From positions 2,720,001-2,784,000 of the forward strand of contig CBDBCY010000004.1 in NCBI GenBank assembly GCA_965203555.1: a stretch of 64,000 nucleotides of DNA. Reading direction: 5' to 3'. Position numbers and translations under genes: made by a program. The DNA is from Acidimicrobiia bacterium (lineage in GTDB: Bacteria > Actinomycetota > Acidimicrobiia > Spongiisociales > ZC4RG35). Shown piece by piece: positions 31,037-41,729 of the stretch. Every line of letters begins with the position of its first letter. Position 1 is the first letter of the stretch. A model generated the notes under the pieces. That model was given only the letters and a program-made list of their open reading frames with translations, did not search any database and was not told where the DNA came from.

Positions 31037-31369
31037 TTGATGAGCAGACCACTGTTGCCGCCCTCTGGTTTGGTTGGGGAGCAGACCCGGAGTGGAGAAT
31101 ACGAGCAGATGGGAGGGGAGATGTGCAGACATCTTGACGAACACGGCCCGTTCGCCCGAGGGGATACGCTGTTCGCCGCTGGTCATCACACCGAAAACCG
31201 TTGGGTGTGGTTCAACTTCCTCACGGTCACCTTGGACGACATCATGAGAGAATGCGCCATTCCCGAGGACCGGAGGGAGCAACGGAGGTTGCGGTACCGT
31301 AGGTACGCGAACGATTTCCTTCGATCCCACACCGGACCGGAACAGACTCTGCCTCTCCTCCAAGATTAA
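31037..31369 (+). CDS. hypothetical protein, paralogue of 63645..63974
   Basis: Shares FARGDTLFAxGH, LTVTLDDIMRECA, LRYR and GPExTxPLLxD with the second copy. Confidence 0.7.
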   Translation: MMSRPLLPPSGLVGEQTRSGEYEQMGGEMCRHLDEHGPFARGDTLFAAGHHTENRWVWFNFLTVTLDDIMRECAIPEDRREQRRLRYRRYANDFLRSHTGPEQTLPLLQD

Positions 31370-31593
31370 TCAATAGGAGGGGGATCGTTCCTCCCTATCT
31401 CTAGGCGTGACTTCCGGTGCCCCAAGGAGGTGTGTGTAATCTTCCATGCCCGGTATCTCTGACAACATACCGACTCCGTTGAAAGCCCCACTTACAGAGA
31501 ACTGAAGTCAGGAAGCCGGGGACCGGTCGCCGAACACCGCATCCAACCGGTCAACATCCCGTAGGGTGTGTTGACGCTTTGGGTGGGGGCTGT

Positions 31594-32808
31594 TTATTTT
31601 CTCTGTTTGACGGGGCGGCGGCGTTTGGGGCGTCGGCGGTAACGGTTGGGGGTTTGGTATCGTCGTGGCCGGTCGGTTGGTGGCCGGCGGAGGGTGTATG
31701 TCCCGGTGGGGGTTTTGTGTACTGTCCAATCCTGGTCGTGGACTTTGTGGTGGCATCGGCTGCACAGAAGACACATGTTGTCCAGGTTGGTGGGACCCTG
31801 GTTCTGCCAGTGGACGATGTGGTGGGCTTGGCACCAGGAGGCCTTGGCGCCGCATCCGATGCAGTGTTTGTCGCGGGCGACGAGCGCGGCCCGTTGGGTT
31901 CCGCTGGCCGTTCGCCGGGCCCGTCCCAAATCCAATGGTATGGAAGGTCCTGAGAAGATGGCCGGGAGGACTTGCGCGTCGCAGGCCAACTGGCGCAGGG
32001 TCCGGGCGGGCAGGGGGGTTCCGTTCTCCAGGCGAGGGTTGCCCAACTGTTGGCTGACCGTGTCGTAGTCGGCGATCACCAACAATCGCACGCCCTGGGA
32101 ACCACCGTCTTTTCCTTCCCGGGTGACCAGTTCGGCCAGGGCGTCGGCCATCCGCTGACCCGCAGTGGCCCGATTCCGAGGGTCTTCTTTGTGCCATAGT
32201 TGGTTCATCATGTGAGACACCGCCGTCTCGACCCGAGCGCCGGTCACGGGGTCGAACCGCCCATACAGAACGGTCATTCCGTCATCCTGGTCGGTAGTGA
32301 TCTTGGCGAACCGCCGGGAACGCTGATGCTCCAACCTCGACACACCGTCATCCTCGGAACGCTTCTGTTCGTGTTTGCGGACCATGCGGGCGAACTTGTC
32401 CGGAGACTGGGAACGGGCACCGTCCAACAATTCGTCTTCGTTGATGGTTCCCCGACTGTTGGCGCCCGCCAGGATACGGGCGTTGTCAGCAGAAATCTCT
32501 CCTTTTTGGAAACCCTCCCTCGTTTTGGGCAGTTCCTCCAATTCTTTGGCGGTCTCCACCTCCGTTCGGGCCTTCCGTCGGCCCAACAGCCCGTCTTCTC
32601 GCAATATCGTTTCTACCTTCTCCGATCCTTGGCGGCGGCGCAACTCCGACACTGCTTCGGCGCGGACCGCGGCGGCTTGGTTCTGGGCGCGGATGGTGGA
32701 CTGTATACGCTGCCGTAACTGCTCGGACGTAGCCCCGGCCGCTGGCAGGGAGGGTGCCAGCAGACGCACCCGGTTGGTGGAGTGCCCGTTCACAGATTCT
32801 TTGTTCAT
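31594..32808 (-). CDS. DUF222 (13E12-type) HNH endonuclease
   Basis: QRMADAL, RQLACDA, LDLGRARR, RDKHCIGC..AHHIVHWQNQGPTNLDNMCLLCSRCHHKVH. Confidence 0.88.
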   Translation of the reverse strand: MNKESVNGHSTNRVRLLAPSLPAAGATSEQLRQRIQSTIRAQNQAAAVRAEAVSELRRRQGSEKVETILREDGLLGRRKARTEVETAKELEELPKTREGFQKGEISADNARILAGANSRGTINEDELLDGARSQSPDKFARMVRKHEQKRSEDDGVSRLEHQRSRRFAKITTDQDDGMTVLYGRFDPVTGARVETAVSHMMNQLWHKEDPRNRATAGQRMADALAELVTREGKDGGSQGVRLLVIADYDTVSQQLGNPRLENGTPLPARTLRQLACDAQVLPAIFSGPSIPLDLGRARRTASGTQRAALVARDKHCIGCGAKASWCQAHHIVHWQNQGPTNLDNMCLLCSRCHHKVHDQDWTVHKTPTGTYTLRRPPTDRPRRYQTPNRYRRRPKRRRPVKQRK

Positions 32809-32815
32809 GTCTACC

Positions 32816-32838
32816 AGTATGCAAGGGGGGTGTGACAA
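32816..32838 (-). promoter_or_regulatory. RecA-NDp/PafBC-like DNA-damage promoter, leaderless
   Basis: Minus strand TTGTCAC-N10-CATACT-N7-ATG(32808). Confidence 0.55.
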
Positions 32839-33128
32839 CCACTCCTGTATATCACTAAGTTGTGAAAACAAACACTAAAAAGTTTCGCAACGTCCATCTT
32901 GGCTCGACAGCTGCCGAAAGACACCCGACCCACCGGGCGCTTCGTGAAACCGGCCTCTCGGTCGGTTAAGGTTCCTCCCTCACATCACCTCCGCTCTCAA
33001 CCACAACACCCCACCCAGTGTGAACACGCCCTGGTGAAACGCCAGTTCCCGTTGATAGCCGCCGTCGTGGATAGTGATAGTCTCATAGAGGCAAGCCGAG
33101 GCGGGCCGATCGTGAGGGATTTGACAGA

Positions 33129-33776
33129 ATGGAGTTGTCGCAAGTCATGCGCACCATGTCGGGAGTCCGGCTCTACCTGCCCCAGGACGTTCCCGACGAG
33201 GTGATCTACGCAGCCCTGGACGATGCCCGGTTCGCTCCGAGCGGCGGCAACCGTCAGCCGTGGCGGGTGGTGGTGGTCCGCGACCCGGACATGCGCCGGA
33301 AGGTGAGCGAGATCAGTTCCCGGGAGTGGATGGTCTACACAGCCAAGTGGTATCCCTCTCCCGAGGACATCACTCCCGCCAAGGCGAGGAAACTTCAGGA
33401 AGGGACCGACTATCACGCCAACATGCACCAGGCGCCGGTGCATCTGTTCGTCTGGGCCGAACTGGAGGCGCTGGCTCTCATGGACCGTCACCTCGATCGG
33501 GTCAGCTTCGTGGGCGGAGGGTCCGTTTACCCCTTCGTGCAGAACCTGCAACTGGCTCTCTCCGCCCGCGGGGTGGGGTCTCGCATCACCTCGCTGGCAG
33601 TGCCCGCCGAGGCGGAGTGGGCGGAGATGATGTCCGTTCCCGGAGGCTACGGGCTGGCGGCGGTGATGACCATCGGGTATCCGGAGTGGAAAGCCACCCG
33701 TCTGTCCCGCAATCCGGTGTCCAGCTTTGCCCGGCACGAGTCTTTCGACGGGCCACCACTCGCCAATCCCCACTAG
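33129..33776 (+). CDS. nitroreductase family protein
   Basis: ARFAPSGGNRQPWR, QNLQLALSARGVGS, IGYP. Confidence 0.88.
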   Translation: MELSQVMRTMSGVRLYLPQDVPDEVIYAALDDARFAPSGGNRQPWRVVVVRDPDMRRKVSEISSREWMVYTAKWYPSPEDITPAKARKLQEGTDYHANMHQAPVHLFVWAELEALALMDRHLDRVSFVGGGSVYPFVQNLQLALSARGVGSRITSLAVPAEAEWAEMMSVPGGYGLAAVMTIGYPEWKATRLSRNPVSSFARHESFDGPPLANPH

Positions 33777-33779
33777 GAG

Positions 33780-34736
33780 GTGACAAACCGAATGGATGTC
33801 ATGAAGCATTGGCCTTCCGACCAGTGGCCCGGGCACTCCGGCAACTGGGGCCGCTGGCCCAACGACCTGGGCACTCTCAATCTGCTGACCCCCGAGGCGA
33901 CTCTGCGGGGGGCGGCGGCGGTGCGGACTGGAAAGACCCTTCCTCTCTCCCGGCCTCTCGACCTGAAGGAGACCCACCAACGCTACACCGACCCGTTCGT
34001 GGTGCACGAGATCATCAAGGCCGATGAGGGGGGATACGAGGAGGGGGACCTCACCCAGTCGGCCGCCGACCGGCTGTCGACCCGGGTGCACGGCATGACT
34101 CACACCCACATCGACGCCCTGGCTCACATGGGATATCGCGGTCGCACCTTCAACGGTCATTTTTTTCCCGACGTGGTGACGATGTCCGAGGGAGTGAAGA
34201 TTGCCGAGATGGACATCACGCCCATGGCGGCCGTCGCCACCCGGGCGGTGTTCATAGACGTCGCCCGGCGTCGGGGCATTGAGGCGCTGGATCCGGGCGA
34301 TTCGGTGATGCCCGAAGAATTGGAGTACGCCCTGGACAGGATCGAACCGGGCGACGCGGTGGTGATCCGCATCGGCGGGACCATCAGGGTGGGGAAGGCG
34401 GCCACCGAGTTGAGCGAGCACGGGACCTGGCATCACGGGACCTGGGCGGGAATGGACACCGACTGCGTCGACGTGCTGGCCTCCCGGGACGTCAGCATGG
34501 TGGCCACCGACTCCCCGGCGGACACCTTCCCCCATCGTCACGAGGCCTACTGCCGCAGCCCGGTCCACGTCCTGGCGGAGGTGTTCTACGGGCTGCCCCT
34601 GATCCACAACATGGACCTGGAGGTCCTGGGCGCCGAATGCGCCCGCACCGGACAGGACACCTTCCTTTTCACGGTCAATCCGCTCAATCTGCCCAAGGGA
34701 ACCGGATCGCTGGTCACCCCGATGGCTGTGCTCTGA
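33780..34736 (+). CDS. cyclase family (kynurenine formamidase-like) metal hydrolase
   Basis: NWGRWPNDLGTLN, THIDALAH, GTGSLVTPMA. Confidence 0.85.
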   Translation: MTNRMDVMKHWPSDQWPGHSGNWGRWPNDLGTLNLLTPEATLRGAAAVRTGKTLPLSRPLDLKETHQRYTDPFVVHEIIKADEGGYEEGDLTQSAADRLSTRVHGMTHTHIDALAHMGYRGRTFNGHFFPDVVTMSEGVKIAEMDITPMAAVATRAVFIDVARRRGIEALDPGDSVMPEELEYALDRIEPGDAVVIRIGGTIRVGKAATELSEHGTWHHGTWAGMDTDCVDVLASRDVSMVATDSPADTFPHRHEAYCRSPVHVLAEVFYGLPLIHNMDLEVLGAECARTGQDTFLFTVNPLNLPKGTGSLVTPMAVL

Positions 34737-35887
34737 TGGGCGCCGAACGCGGATACATCCAGACCGTCCTCGGCCCCATCGCCCCCGAGCAGGCGGGCGT
34801 CTCCCTGATCCACGAGCATGTGCTGCTGGATCTCACCAAGGGGATCACCGGGGTGGAGCAGTACAAGACCGGCGCCAAGAAGTACGTGCCGATCATGCGC
34901 CGGCCCGAGGCGGGCTGGGAACCGGGGGAGGAGGGTCCCGGGACCGCCGCCTCCTGGGGCGCCAAGTGGGGACAGCCCGTCACCTTGGAGAACCTCAACG
35001 ACCGCCAGAAGCACTGGGTCTACTACGGTGATCAGAAACTTGATTCCATCGACGACGCCATCTACGAGTTCGACCAGTTCCGCCGGGTGGGAGGGTCCAC
35101 CATCGTGGATCAGACCACCCGCGGCATGGGCCGCGATCCCCTCGGCCTGGTGGAGATCTCCCGGGCCACCGGGGTGCACGTCGTCATGGCCACCGGCTGG
35201 TACCTGGCCGACTATCACCCCCCCGACATGGACGAACTCTCCGAGGAACGGCTGGTGGAATTGATGGTCCGCGACATAGAGGTGGGGGTGGCTGGCGGAG
35301 TCAAGGCCGGCATCATCGGAGAGGTGGGGATGGACCACCCCATGCACCCCAACGAGGAGAAGGTGCTGAGAGCCTCGGCCAAGGCTTCGGTCGCCACGGG
35401 AGTTACGCTGTCGGTGCATCCGGGGTTCAATCCGGCATCGCCTTTCGACATTGTCAGAGTGGTGGACGAGGCCGGCGGAGATCTGAGCCGCACCATCATC
35501 GACCACTGCGACAGCCGGTTCAACACCTCGGCAGGCACCAACGTCTTCGACAGCGCACCGCTTCTCAAGATGGCCAGGACCGGCGTCTACCTGGCGTTCG
35601 ACACTTTCGGCTGGGAGGGATCGTTCCGCCAGCGCGCCCCGGTCGACCAGCCCAACGACGCCATCCGCCTCAACTGGCTCAAAGCAGTGGCCGACGCCGG
35701 GTATCCCGACCGGGTGCTGGTCTCCTCCGACATCGCCCTGAAGCACTGGCTGCGCCGCTACGGCGGCCACGGCTGGCGCCATCTGCCCGAGACGGTCCGC
35801 AACCTGATGCGCTACAAGGGCTTCGGAGAAGACCTGATCCACCAGATATTCGTGGACAACCCCCGAGAGGTGCTCACCAAGATTTGA
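34736..35887 (+). CDS. phosphotriesterase-related amidohydrolase
   Basis: IQTVLGPI, HEH, GMGRDP, GIIGEVG, SVHPG, DHCD, DNPR. Confidence 0.88.
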   Translation: MGAERGYIQTVLGPIAPEQAGVSLIHEHVLLDLTKGITGVEQYKTGAKKYVPIMRRPEAGWEPGEEGPGTAASWGAKWGQPVTLENLNDRQKHWVYYGDQKLDSIDDAIYEFDQFRRVGGSTIVDQTTRGMGRDPLGLVEISRATGVHVVMATGWYLADYHPPDMDELSEERLVELMVRDIEVGVAGGVKAGIIGEVGMDHPMHPNEEKVLRASAKASVATGVTLSVHPGFNPASPFDIVRVVDEAGGDLSRTIIDHCDSRFNTSAGTNVFDSAPLLKMARTGVYLAFDTFGWEGSFRQRAPVDQPNDAIRLNWLKAVADAGYPDRVLVSSDIALKHWLRRYGGHGWRHLPETVRNLMRYKGFGEDLIHQIFVDNPREVLTKI

Positions 35888-36203
35888 CCCCGCAGGTCCC
35901 GGTCTCGGCGGTCCGACTTTCGCCCCGGGCCGGCAGAGCTTGACCCCGGCCTGTCCGGGCGTTTGTCGATCGAGGCTACGTCCTGTCTCCAAATCCGCCT
36001 GCAAGTCGACCTTCTCGAAATGGGCCGCCAAGATGGGGCGATGAACGCCGGCAACCCGCGTTGACAGAGCCGTACCAGTGCTGCGGGTGTGGCTTCTGTA
36101 TCACAGAATTCGGACCGCGTTCCGAGGGGTTTTGCGGGATAGCACCCGTCAACATGAATCCGGCGCCCCCGATCTGCTGGTGAAGACCCCGCGCCTTCGC
36201 CGA

Positions 36204-37076
36204 TCAGTCAGGGTCCTTGGAGGCCAGTAGTTCTTCGATACGGTCCAAGCGCTGGCCGACCGCATCCAGCCGCTCGTTGACGGAATGGATTTCTTGGCGT
36301 AGTTCCCTCTTGTAGTTGCCCTCCACGAAGTGGGCTGCGACGGTGGCAGTGGTGAAGGACAGCACACCAATGCCCGACAGCATCAGGAGGGCCGCGGTGA
36401 CCCGGCCTCCGATGGTCACCGGAGTGATGTCGCCGTAACCCACCGTTGTCAACGTAACCAATGCCCACCACATGCCTTCGACCGGGTGATGGTCTTCGAA
36501 TACAGAGTAAAGGGAGCCTGCGCTCACCGCCAGACTACCGAACAGCACCAGCACCAATCCCAAAACTCGCATTCTCAGCAGCGGGCCGAGGATGTACATC
36601 CACGGATGCCGGGCAACCGCCAGCAGGCGGAATAAGACATGCTTGAGAAGGCGATACAGAGTCACGCAACTGTGGATGAGCACGGCCACCAGCACTATGA
36701 AGCGCAGCGCTCGAAAGGCGTCTTCCCCCACGGAACCGGAGAACGCCCCGGTCAGGAGGGGGTAGGCAAAAGGGATCACCGACAGGTGCAGCCAGGCTGT
36801 GCGCAGGTAGGCCCGCCGATTGTCGGCGAGGGAGAACAGCAATACGAATTCAAGGAAGAAGGCCGACCAGACGATCCAGTTGATGACAACCGCCACCCGG
36901 GCGGGCCATCCGTCGGTGGCGACCAATTCGAATACGAACATCGGCAGCACGGCCAGCGCCGACAACATTACGGGGACTTCCAGCCGACGTTGGACCGCAG
37001 CCGCCCGCGGACCCAGTAGGGCCTCCATCGAGCGGGGGTCCTCCGACAGATGGTCGGGATTGATCAGCGAACTCAA
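36204..37076 (-). CDS. potassium channel family protein
   Basis: WWALVTLTTVGYGD selectivity filter; N-terminal TM helices; C-terminal coiled coil. Confidence 0.88.
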   Translation of the reverse strand: MSSLINPDHLSEDPRSMEALLGPRAAAVQRRLEVPVMLSALAVLPMFVFELVATDGWPARVAVVINWIVWSAFFLEFVLLFSLADNRRAYLRTAWLHLSVIPFAYPLLTGAFSGSVGEDAFRALRFIVLVAVLIHSCVTLYRLLKHVLFRLLAVARHPWMYILGPLLRMRVLGLVLVLFGSLAVSAGSLYSVFEDHHPVEGMWWALVTLTTVGYGDITPVTIGGRVTAALLMLSGIGVLSFTTATVAAHFVEGNYKRELRQEIHSVNERLDAVGQRLDRIEELLASKDPD

Positions 37077-37151
37077 TTCGGAACGGAATATACCGCGTCC
37101 ACCAGCGTTTTGCGGCAGTTGCCCTCCGGCCGCCCCTCTCCTGGCCGGGAC

Positions 37152-37844
37152 CTACCTGGAGGCCAGCAGGGTGAGGATCCGGGCAGTGGGAAGGACCCGG
37201 GCGTATTTGGCGTCGAGGTCGGCAAGGCTGACCAGATGACTGAGAGAGACCCGGTCGAAACAGGCGTCTTCCGCCACCAGCATCTCGAATCCATGGGATG
37301 ATCCGTCCACGGCGGTCGCCCTCACGCATCCCGAGGTGGTCCCCCCGGCCACCACCAGGCTGTCGCATCCGCGATGAATCAGCGAGGAAACCAGGGGAGT
37401 GCCGAAAAAGGCGCTGGCCTTGGGCTTTCGGAGCACCCATTCGTCCGCTCGGGGTTCCAGGGCCGAAATGACCTGGCGGCCCTCGGGAACATCGGCGGTG
37501 GTGGTGCCCCGGGTAACCGGACCGGTCCAGCGCTGCCTCCCATCCGGCGTGGTGAAGATCACCGGCCGACCAGCAGAACGGAACGCCTCCAGCAACCTTC
37601 CGATGGCCGGGACAGCCGCCCAGGCCTTTTCCCCACACGCCTGCCGCCACGTTTTCTGAGCTTCGGCAACCGGCAGGTTGGGACCCACGAACGCTTCGGT
37701 GACATCCACCACCAACAGCGCGGGCGACATACCCGCAAAAGGCGCCCGCATCCGCGAGTACGCCGATAGGCTGGCGGCGTCCTCGGCGCCGAGCACCTCC
37801 CTCCAGTCGCCGGACTCGGGAAGAGGTCGGTTGAATTGGTCCAT
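37152..37844 (-). CDS. isochorismatase-family cysteine hydrolase
   Basis: ALLVVD, KPKASAFFGT, GTTSGCVRATAVD. Confidence 0.88.
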   Translation of the reverse strand: MDQFNRPLPESGDWREVLGAEDAASLSAYSRMRAPFAGMSPALLVVDVTEAFVGPNLPVAEAQKTWRQACGEKAWAAVPAIGRLLEAFRSAGRPVIFTTPDGRQRWTGPVTRGTTTADVPEGRQVISALEPRADEWVLRKPKASAFFGTPLVSSLIHRGCDSLVVAGGTTSGCVRATAVDGSSHGFEMLVAEDACFDRVSLSHLVSLADLDAKYARVLPTARILTLLASR

Positions 37845-38048
37845 CAGTACAGAAACCTTACCGGCACCGGGTCAGGGAGAATTCGGCCGGTCCGTCAATG
37901 GAAACAGGCGTCCTCAGCGTGATGCCTGCTCGCTTCGCTGAGAATATCCGAGCCTGTTGCAAGAGCAGGACACTCTCCGAATTCCGACAGCGCCCCGACC
38001 GTCAAACCCGAATAGCAAAGGTGAACCGGATGCCGTATCCTGTGGGGC

Positions 38049-38124
38049 GGGGCCGTAGCTCAATTGGCAGAGCAACGGGCTTTTAACCCGGAGGTCGTGG
38101 GTTCGATTCCCACCGGCCCCACCA
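38049..38124 (+). tRNA. tRNA-Lys (anticodon TTT)
   Basis: 76 nt; GGGGCCG/CGGCCCC acceptor stem, CTTTTAA anticodon loop, GTGGG-TTCGATT-CCCAC T arm, encoded CCA. Confidence 0.95.
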
Positions 38125-38157
38125 ACCAAACCAGTCTGCCAAACCGGGGGAGCCTCA

Positions 38158-38255
38158 TGTCCCGAATCGTGATATCCCCCAGGTTTTGATCGTGATGTCC
38201 TTCCCGCACCCCTGCTAAGCCCCAGGTCAGGGGGTAGTGGGGCAGCATCCCACCA
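38158..38255 (+). repeat. dispersed ~100-bp repeat, copy A
   Basis: ATCGTGATATCC / ATCGTGATGTCC 23 bp apart, then TAAGCCCCAGGTCAGGGGGTAGTGG...CCACCA; shared with 56095 and 62611. Confidence 0.75.
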
Positions 38256-38410
38256 CACACGGGAGTTCTTCAAAGGAGGTCCGACTAATCGCGGGATGCG
38301 CCCTGATCCTTCGCTAGTGTGTTGTTTCGCGAGTGAGAATATTTCGCCTACATGTCTTGGTCCCACCGCTCTGGGATTGTGTCTGATTGGAATAGGGCGG
38401 CTACGGCGTT

Positions 38411-41400
38411 GTGAGCGGTAACACACCGGAGTTCCACTATGGGCAAAGGGTGCGGTTGCCCGGTGAGAAGGGCATCGCGACAGTGGAGAGCCAAACACGA
38501 GCCGGAAACAAGACATTGTTGATCGTCTCCGGTCCTGATGGGGAATTGGGCAAGAGGTTTTTCAGTGCGGAGGAGTTCCGGCAGGTACGGGAAGTGACAG
38601 AGGACGGCTCGGCTTCTCCGGAGGTGGTCTTGGCGGGTCTTTGGGCGGAACGGATGATGGCTTCGGTTCGGTCTGCTACTTCCACGGTGCTGGCATCCAG
38701 CGTGTTGCGTCCCTACCCACATCAGATGTCCGCCGTGTACGGGCGAATGTTGCCCCAAGCTCGGTTGAGGTTCCTGTTGGCCGACGAACCCGGAACCGGC
38801 AAAACGATCATGTCTGGTCTTTGGCTGCGCGAAGCTCAGCGTTTGGGCATGGTGAAACGCGCATTGGTGGTGTGCCCTGCTCACTTGGTTCAAAAGTGGC
38901 AGGCCGACTTCGACCGGTTCTTCGGTGGTGGTCTTCGGGAGATCACTCTTGAGACCGTCCGACAGGGGGTTCTTTCTCTTTCGAAGCACACAACATGGGT
39001 GGTGTCGATGCACAGAGCCGCCATAAACCCGGCTGTGTTGGAGGGTATCCATCCCGACGAAGCCGGGTGGGACGCGGTCGTTGTTGACGAGGCCCATCGT
39101 ATGACTCCCACCGCGGAGACTTTCCACAATGTGGGAGAAGTGCTGTCGAAAGCTCCCCATGCGTTGTTTCTCACAGCCACGCCGCATCGAGGCAAAGAGT
39201 GGCTGTTCCAAGACCTGTTGAACCTGGTCGACCCGGAAGTGTTTCCACCCGGCGAACCGCCGCCTCGGGGAAGGCAACCTCGCAAAGTCGCGCGTCGGAA
39301 ACTGAGACCCGGACCGGTTCACTTCCTGCGACGCATGAAGGAGTCGCTGGTGGACTACGACAAACAGCGGAAGCTGTTCAAACCTCGAGAAGCCAACAAC
39401 GTCAAGGTACTCCTGAACGGTGTCGAGCAGGACTTCCATGACCGGGCGTTGACGCTAGTAGGCGACTTCTTTCCTCCCGAGGCCCGCCCGCTGGCAAGTC
39501 TCGTGTATGGCAAAAGAACAGCATCGTCGCTCCAGGCGCTGTCTAGGACCCTTCACCGCCGACACGAGAAAATGGGTATCGACCCCACCGCTCCGGTCGG
39601 CGAAAACTGGTATGACGAATCCGAGGACGACGGCGGCGAAGGGCGGATAGAGGGAGTCAAATCAACCGACGCCAAGGGAGAGAAAAAAGCAATTCTTGGG
39701 TTGTTGGGCGAGTTGGAACCCCTGCTCGGCCCCGGGTTGGCGGTGTCGAAGTGGGAACCCATGGTCAACAGCTGTTTGATTCCCCACGACGTCACTCCCG
39801 GCAGCGACAGGCAGGTGGTGGTCTTCACCGAATACGCCGACACCGCCGATTGGCTGGTCGACAAATTCGAGGATGCCGGATATACCAGCCGTCGCTACTC
39901 GGGGGCCGACGACCATCTCACCAGAGCCAAGACCCAGGCGAACTTCCGAGAAGGCGAGTTCCAAGTGTTGGTATCCACCGACGCCGGTAACGAAGGAATT
40001 GACCTCCAAACAGCCAACGTCCTAGTCAACTGGGACATTCCATGGTCGCTGGTTCGCTTGGAACAGCGACTTGGACGTATTCACCGCATCGGACAGCAAC
40101 AAAAGGCCTGGTTTTACAACCTGGTGGCATTAGGCACCCTCGAGGGTCAGGCTCACGAGAAACTGTTGGACAATTTGGTCAAAGCGGCCAACCAACTGGA
40201 TGGGAGAATCTTCGACAGTCTCAACGCTGTTATGGAACGCCTGGGCATGCCCGACCGTTTCGACATTCCGGGCGCAGCGACCGAGGACGAGATGATACGC
40301 ACATTCAACGACATGCGCACCGAAACCGAGCACCTCGAAAGCGACATCGACCTCGACCTGGCGAACACCGCCCGCAAATCCGAACTGCTACAGCGAATCG
40401 AACCCGACACGGTAGAACGGTTCCTTGACCGGCTGGACACCGCTAAGTTGGTCACCCTCGGTTCGGTGCCAATAGCCGACCACGGCTTCTACTATCTGAC
40501 CCCTGTCGGATGGGAACTTCCCCCCGGGTTCCGGACCGAAACGGGCGGAAGGGCTCTAGTGACCGCCAGAGAGAAACTACGCCAAATACTCATCGACGGG
40601 GGAAACCAAAGAGCCGAGAAAGCGACCCTTCTCACTCCCAGCCGCGCGGTATTCCACCGGTTCACACAAGCGATCCGGGAACGCACCGAAGCGGCCATGT
40701 GGCAAGGAACCGTCCTCTCCGACCCGTCCGCCCACGAGGACTACACGCTGTTTGCCTACGAAACCACCCTCCAAACCGGACACCAGAGCGGAACCGAGGA
40801 AGTGTCGTGGCTGATTGGCGTTGACCGGCACGGCATCGCCAATAGGGTGGCGTGGGAGACGCTCCCCAACCTTGCTTCCCCAACCGACTCCGCTCCCAAA
40901 CCCCTTGACCCAAAGACCGAGGCGTTAGCGGCGGAACATGCCGACCAGCTGGCCGCCGACGAAACCGAGAAACGCAAAACGAAAGCCCAAAAATGGGCAA
41001 CCCGGCTGAGGCGGGAACTGCGGGACTTGCCCAACGTAACCACCGAGCACATCCCCGACCTACAAACCCGCATCAAGCAAAGAAAACAACTGGATGCGAA
41101 CATCCGAGACAGAATCCGGGAAGCCAAACAACAGGCGGATATCAGTCACACGCAACCCCGCCGGCTGGGATGGGCACATGTGATAGCCGGTCGGCAAATA
41201 GAAAAGCATGCTGACAGCGAAACCGTGGCCATGCGCCATGTGACCCGCCTGCTCGAACAGGACGGATTCGTCGTCGACGACGTCCACACCGAAAACATAG
41301 GCTTTGACCTTCTCGCGGACCGGGGCGCCGAGCAACGCTGCGTCGAAGTAAAAGGCCGCGCCGGATCCGCATTTAAGGGCATCGAACTCACCGGCGGAGA

Positions 41401-41596
41401 ACTGGAAGCGGCCCGTCTCATGGGAGACGAATACTGGCTATACGTTGTGGAACATTGCGAAGACGGAACCGGTACCCTGTTCGAAGCGTGGCAAAACCCC
41501 GAAAAGGTTTTCCGTGACAAGTTCAAACCCGTACCCGTGGTGCGGCTACCGGGAAGCGCCCTGAAAGCTGCCCAGAACAGATCGAACAACCACTGA
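38411..41596 (+). CDS. SNF2-family helicase with C-terminal DUF3883 (NOV_C) PD-(D/E)XK nuclease
   Basis: LLADEPGTGKT, VVDEAH, TATPH, QRLGRIHRIGQ; C-terminal GFDL...VEVKGR...YWLYVV. Confidence 0.9.
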   Translation: MSGNTPEFHYGQRVRLPGEKGIATVESQTRAGNKTLLIVSGPDGELGKRFFSAEEFRQVREVTEDGSASPEVVLAGLWAERMMASVRSATSTVLASSVLRPYPHQMSAVYGRMLPQARLRFLLADEPGTGKTIMSGLWLREAQRLGMVKRALVVCPAHLVQKWQADFDRFFGGGLREITLETVRQGVLSLSKHTTWVVSMHRAAINPAVLEGIHPDEAGWDAVVVDEAHRMTPTAETFHNVGEVLSKAPHALFLTATPHRGKEWLFQDLLNLVDPEVFPPGEPPPRGRQPRKVARRKLRPGPVHFLRRMKESLVDYDKQRKLFKPREANNVKVLLNGVEQDFHDRALTLVGDFFPPEARPLASLVYGKRTASSLQALSRTLHRRHEKMGIDPTAPVGENWYDESEDDGGEGRIEGVKSTDAKGEKKAILGLLGELEPLLGPGLAVSKWEPMVNSCLIPHDVTPGSDRQVVVFTEYADTADWLVDKFEDAGYTSRRYSGADDHLTRAKTQANFREGEFQVLVSTDAGNEGIDLQTANVLVNWDIPWSLVRLEQRLGRIHRIGQQQKAWFYNLVALGTLEGQAHEKLLDNLVKAANQLDGRIFDSLNAVMERLGMPDRFDIPGAATEDEMIRTFNDMRTETEHLESDIDLDLANTARKSELLQRIEPDTVERFLDRLDTAKLVTLGSVPIADHGFYYLTPVGWELPPGFRTETGGRALVTAREKLRQILIDGGNQRAEKATLLTPSRAVFHRFTQAIRERTEAAMWQGTVLSDPSAHEDYTLFAYETTLQTGHQSGTEEVSWLIGVDRHGIANRVAWETLPNLASPTDSAPKPLDPKTEALAAEHADQLAADETEKRKTKAQKWATRLRRELRDLPNVTTEHIPDLQTRIKQRKQLDANIRDRIREAKQQADISHTQPRRLGWAHVIAGRQIEKHADSETVAMRHVTRLLEQDGFVVDDVHTENIGFDLLADRGAEQRCVEVKGRAGSAFKGIELTGGELEAARLMGDEYWLYVVEHCEDGTGTLFEAWQNPEKVFRDKFKPVPVVRLPGSALKAAQNRSNNH

Positions 41597-41729
41597 CCCG
41601 TTGCAATTCCCGCGTAGGCTTTCACCATTAGTGTCTTGTGGCAAAATATATGCCAGTGAACCACCCACCTACCGACGAGGTACACATTTCAAATCGGTGC
41701 TTGCCGGAGACGCATCAAGGAGTGGGACT

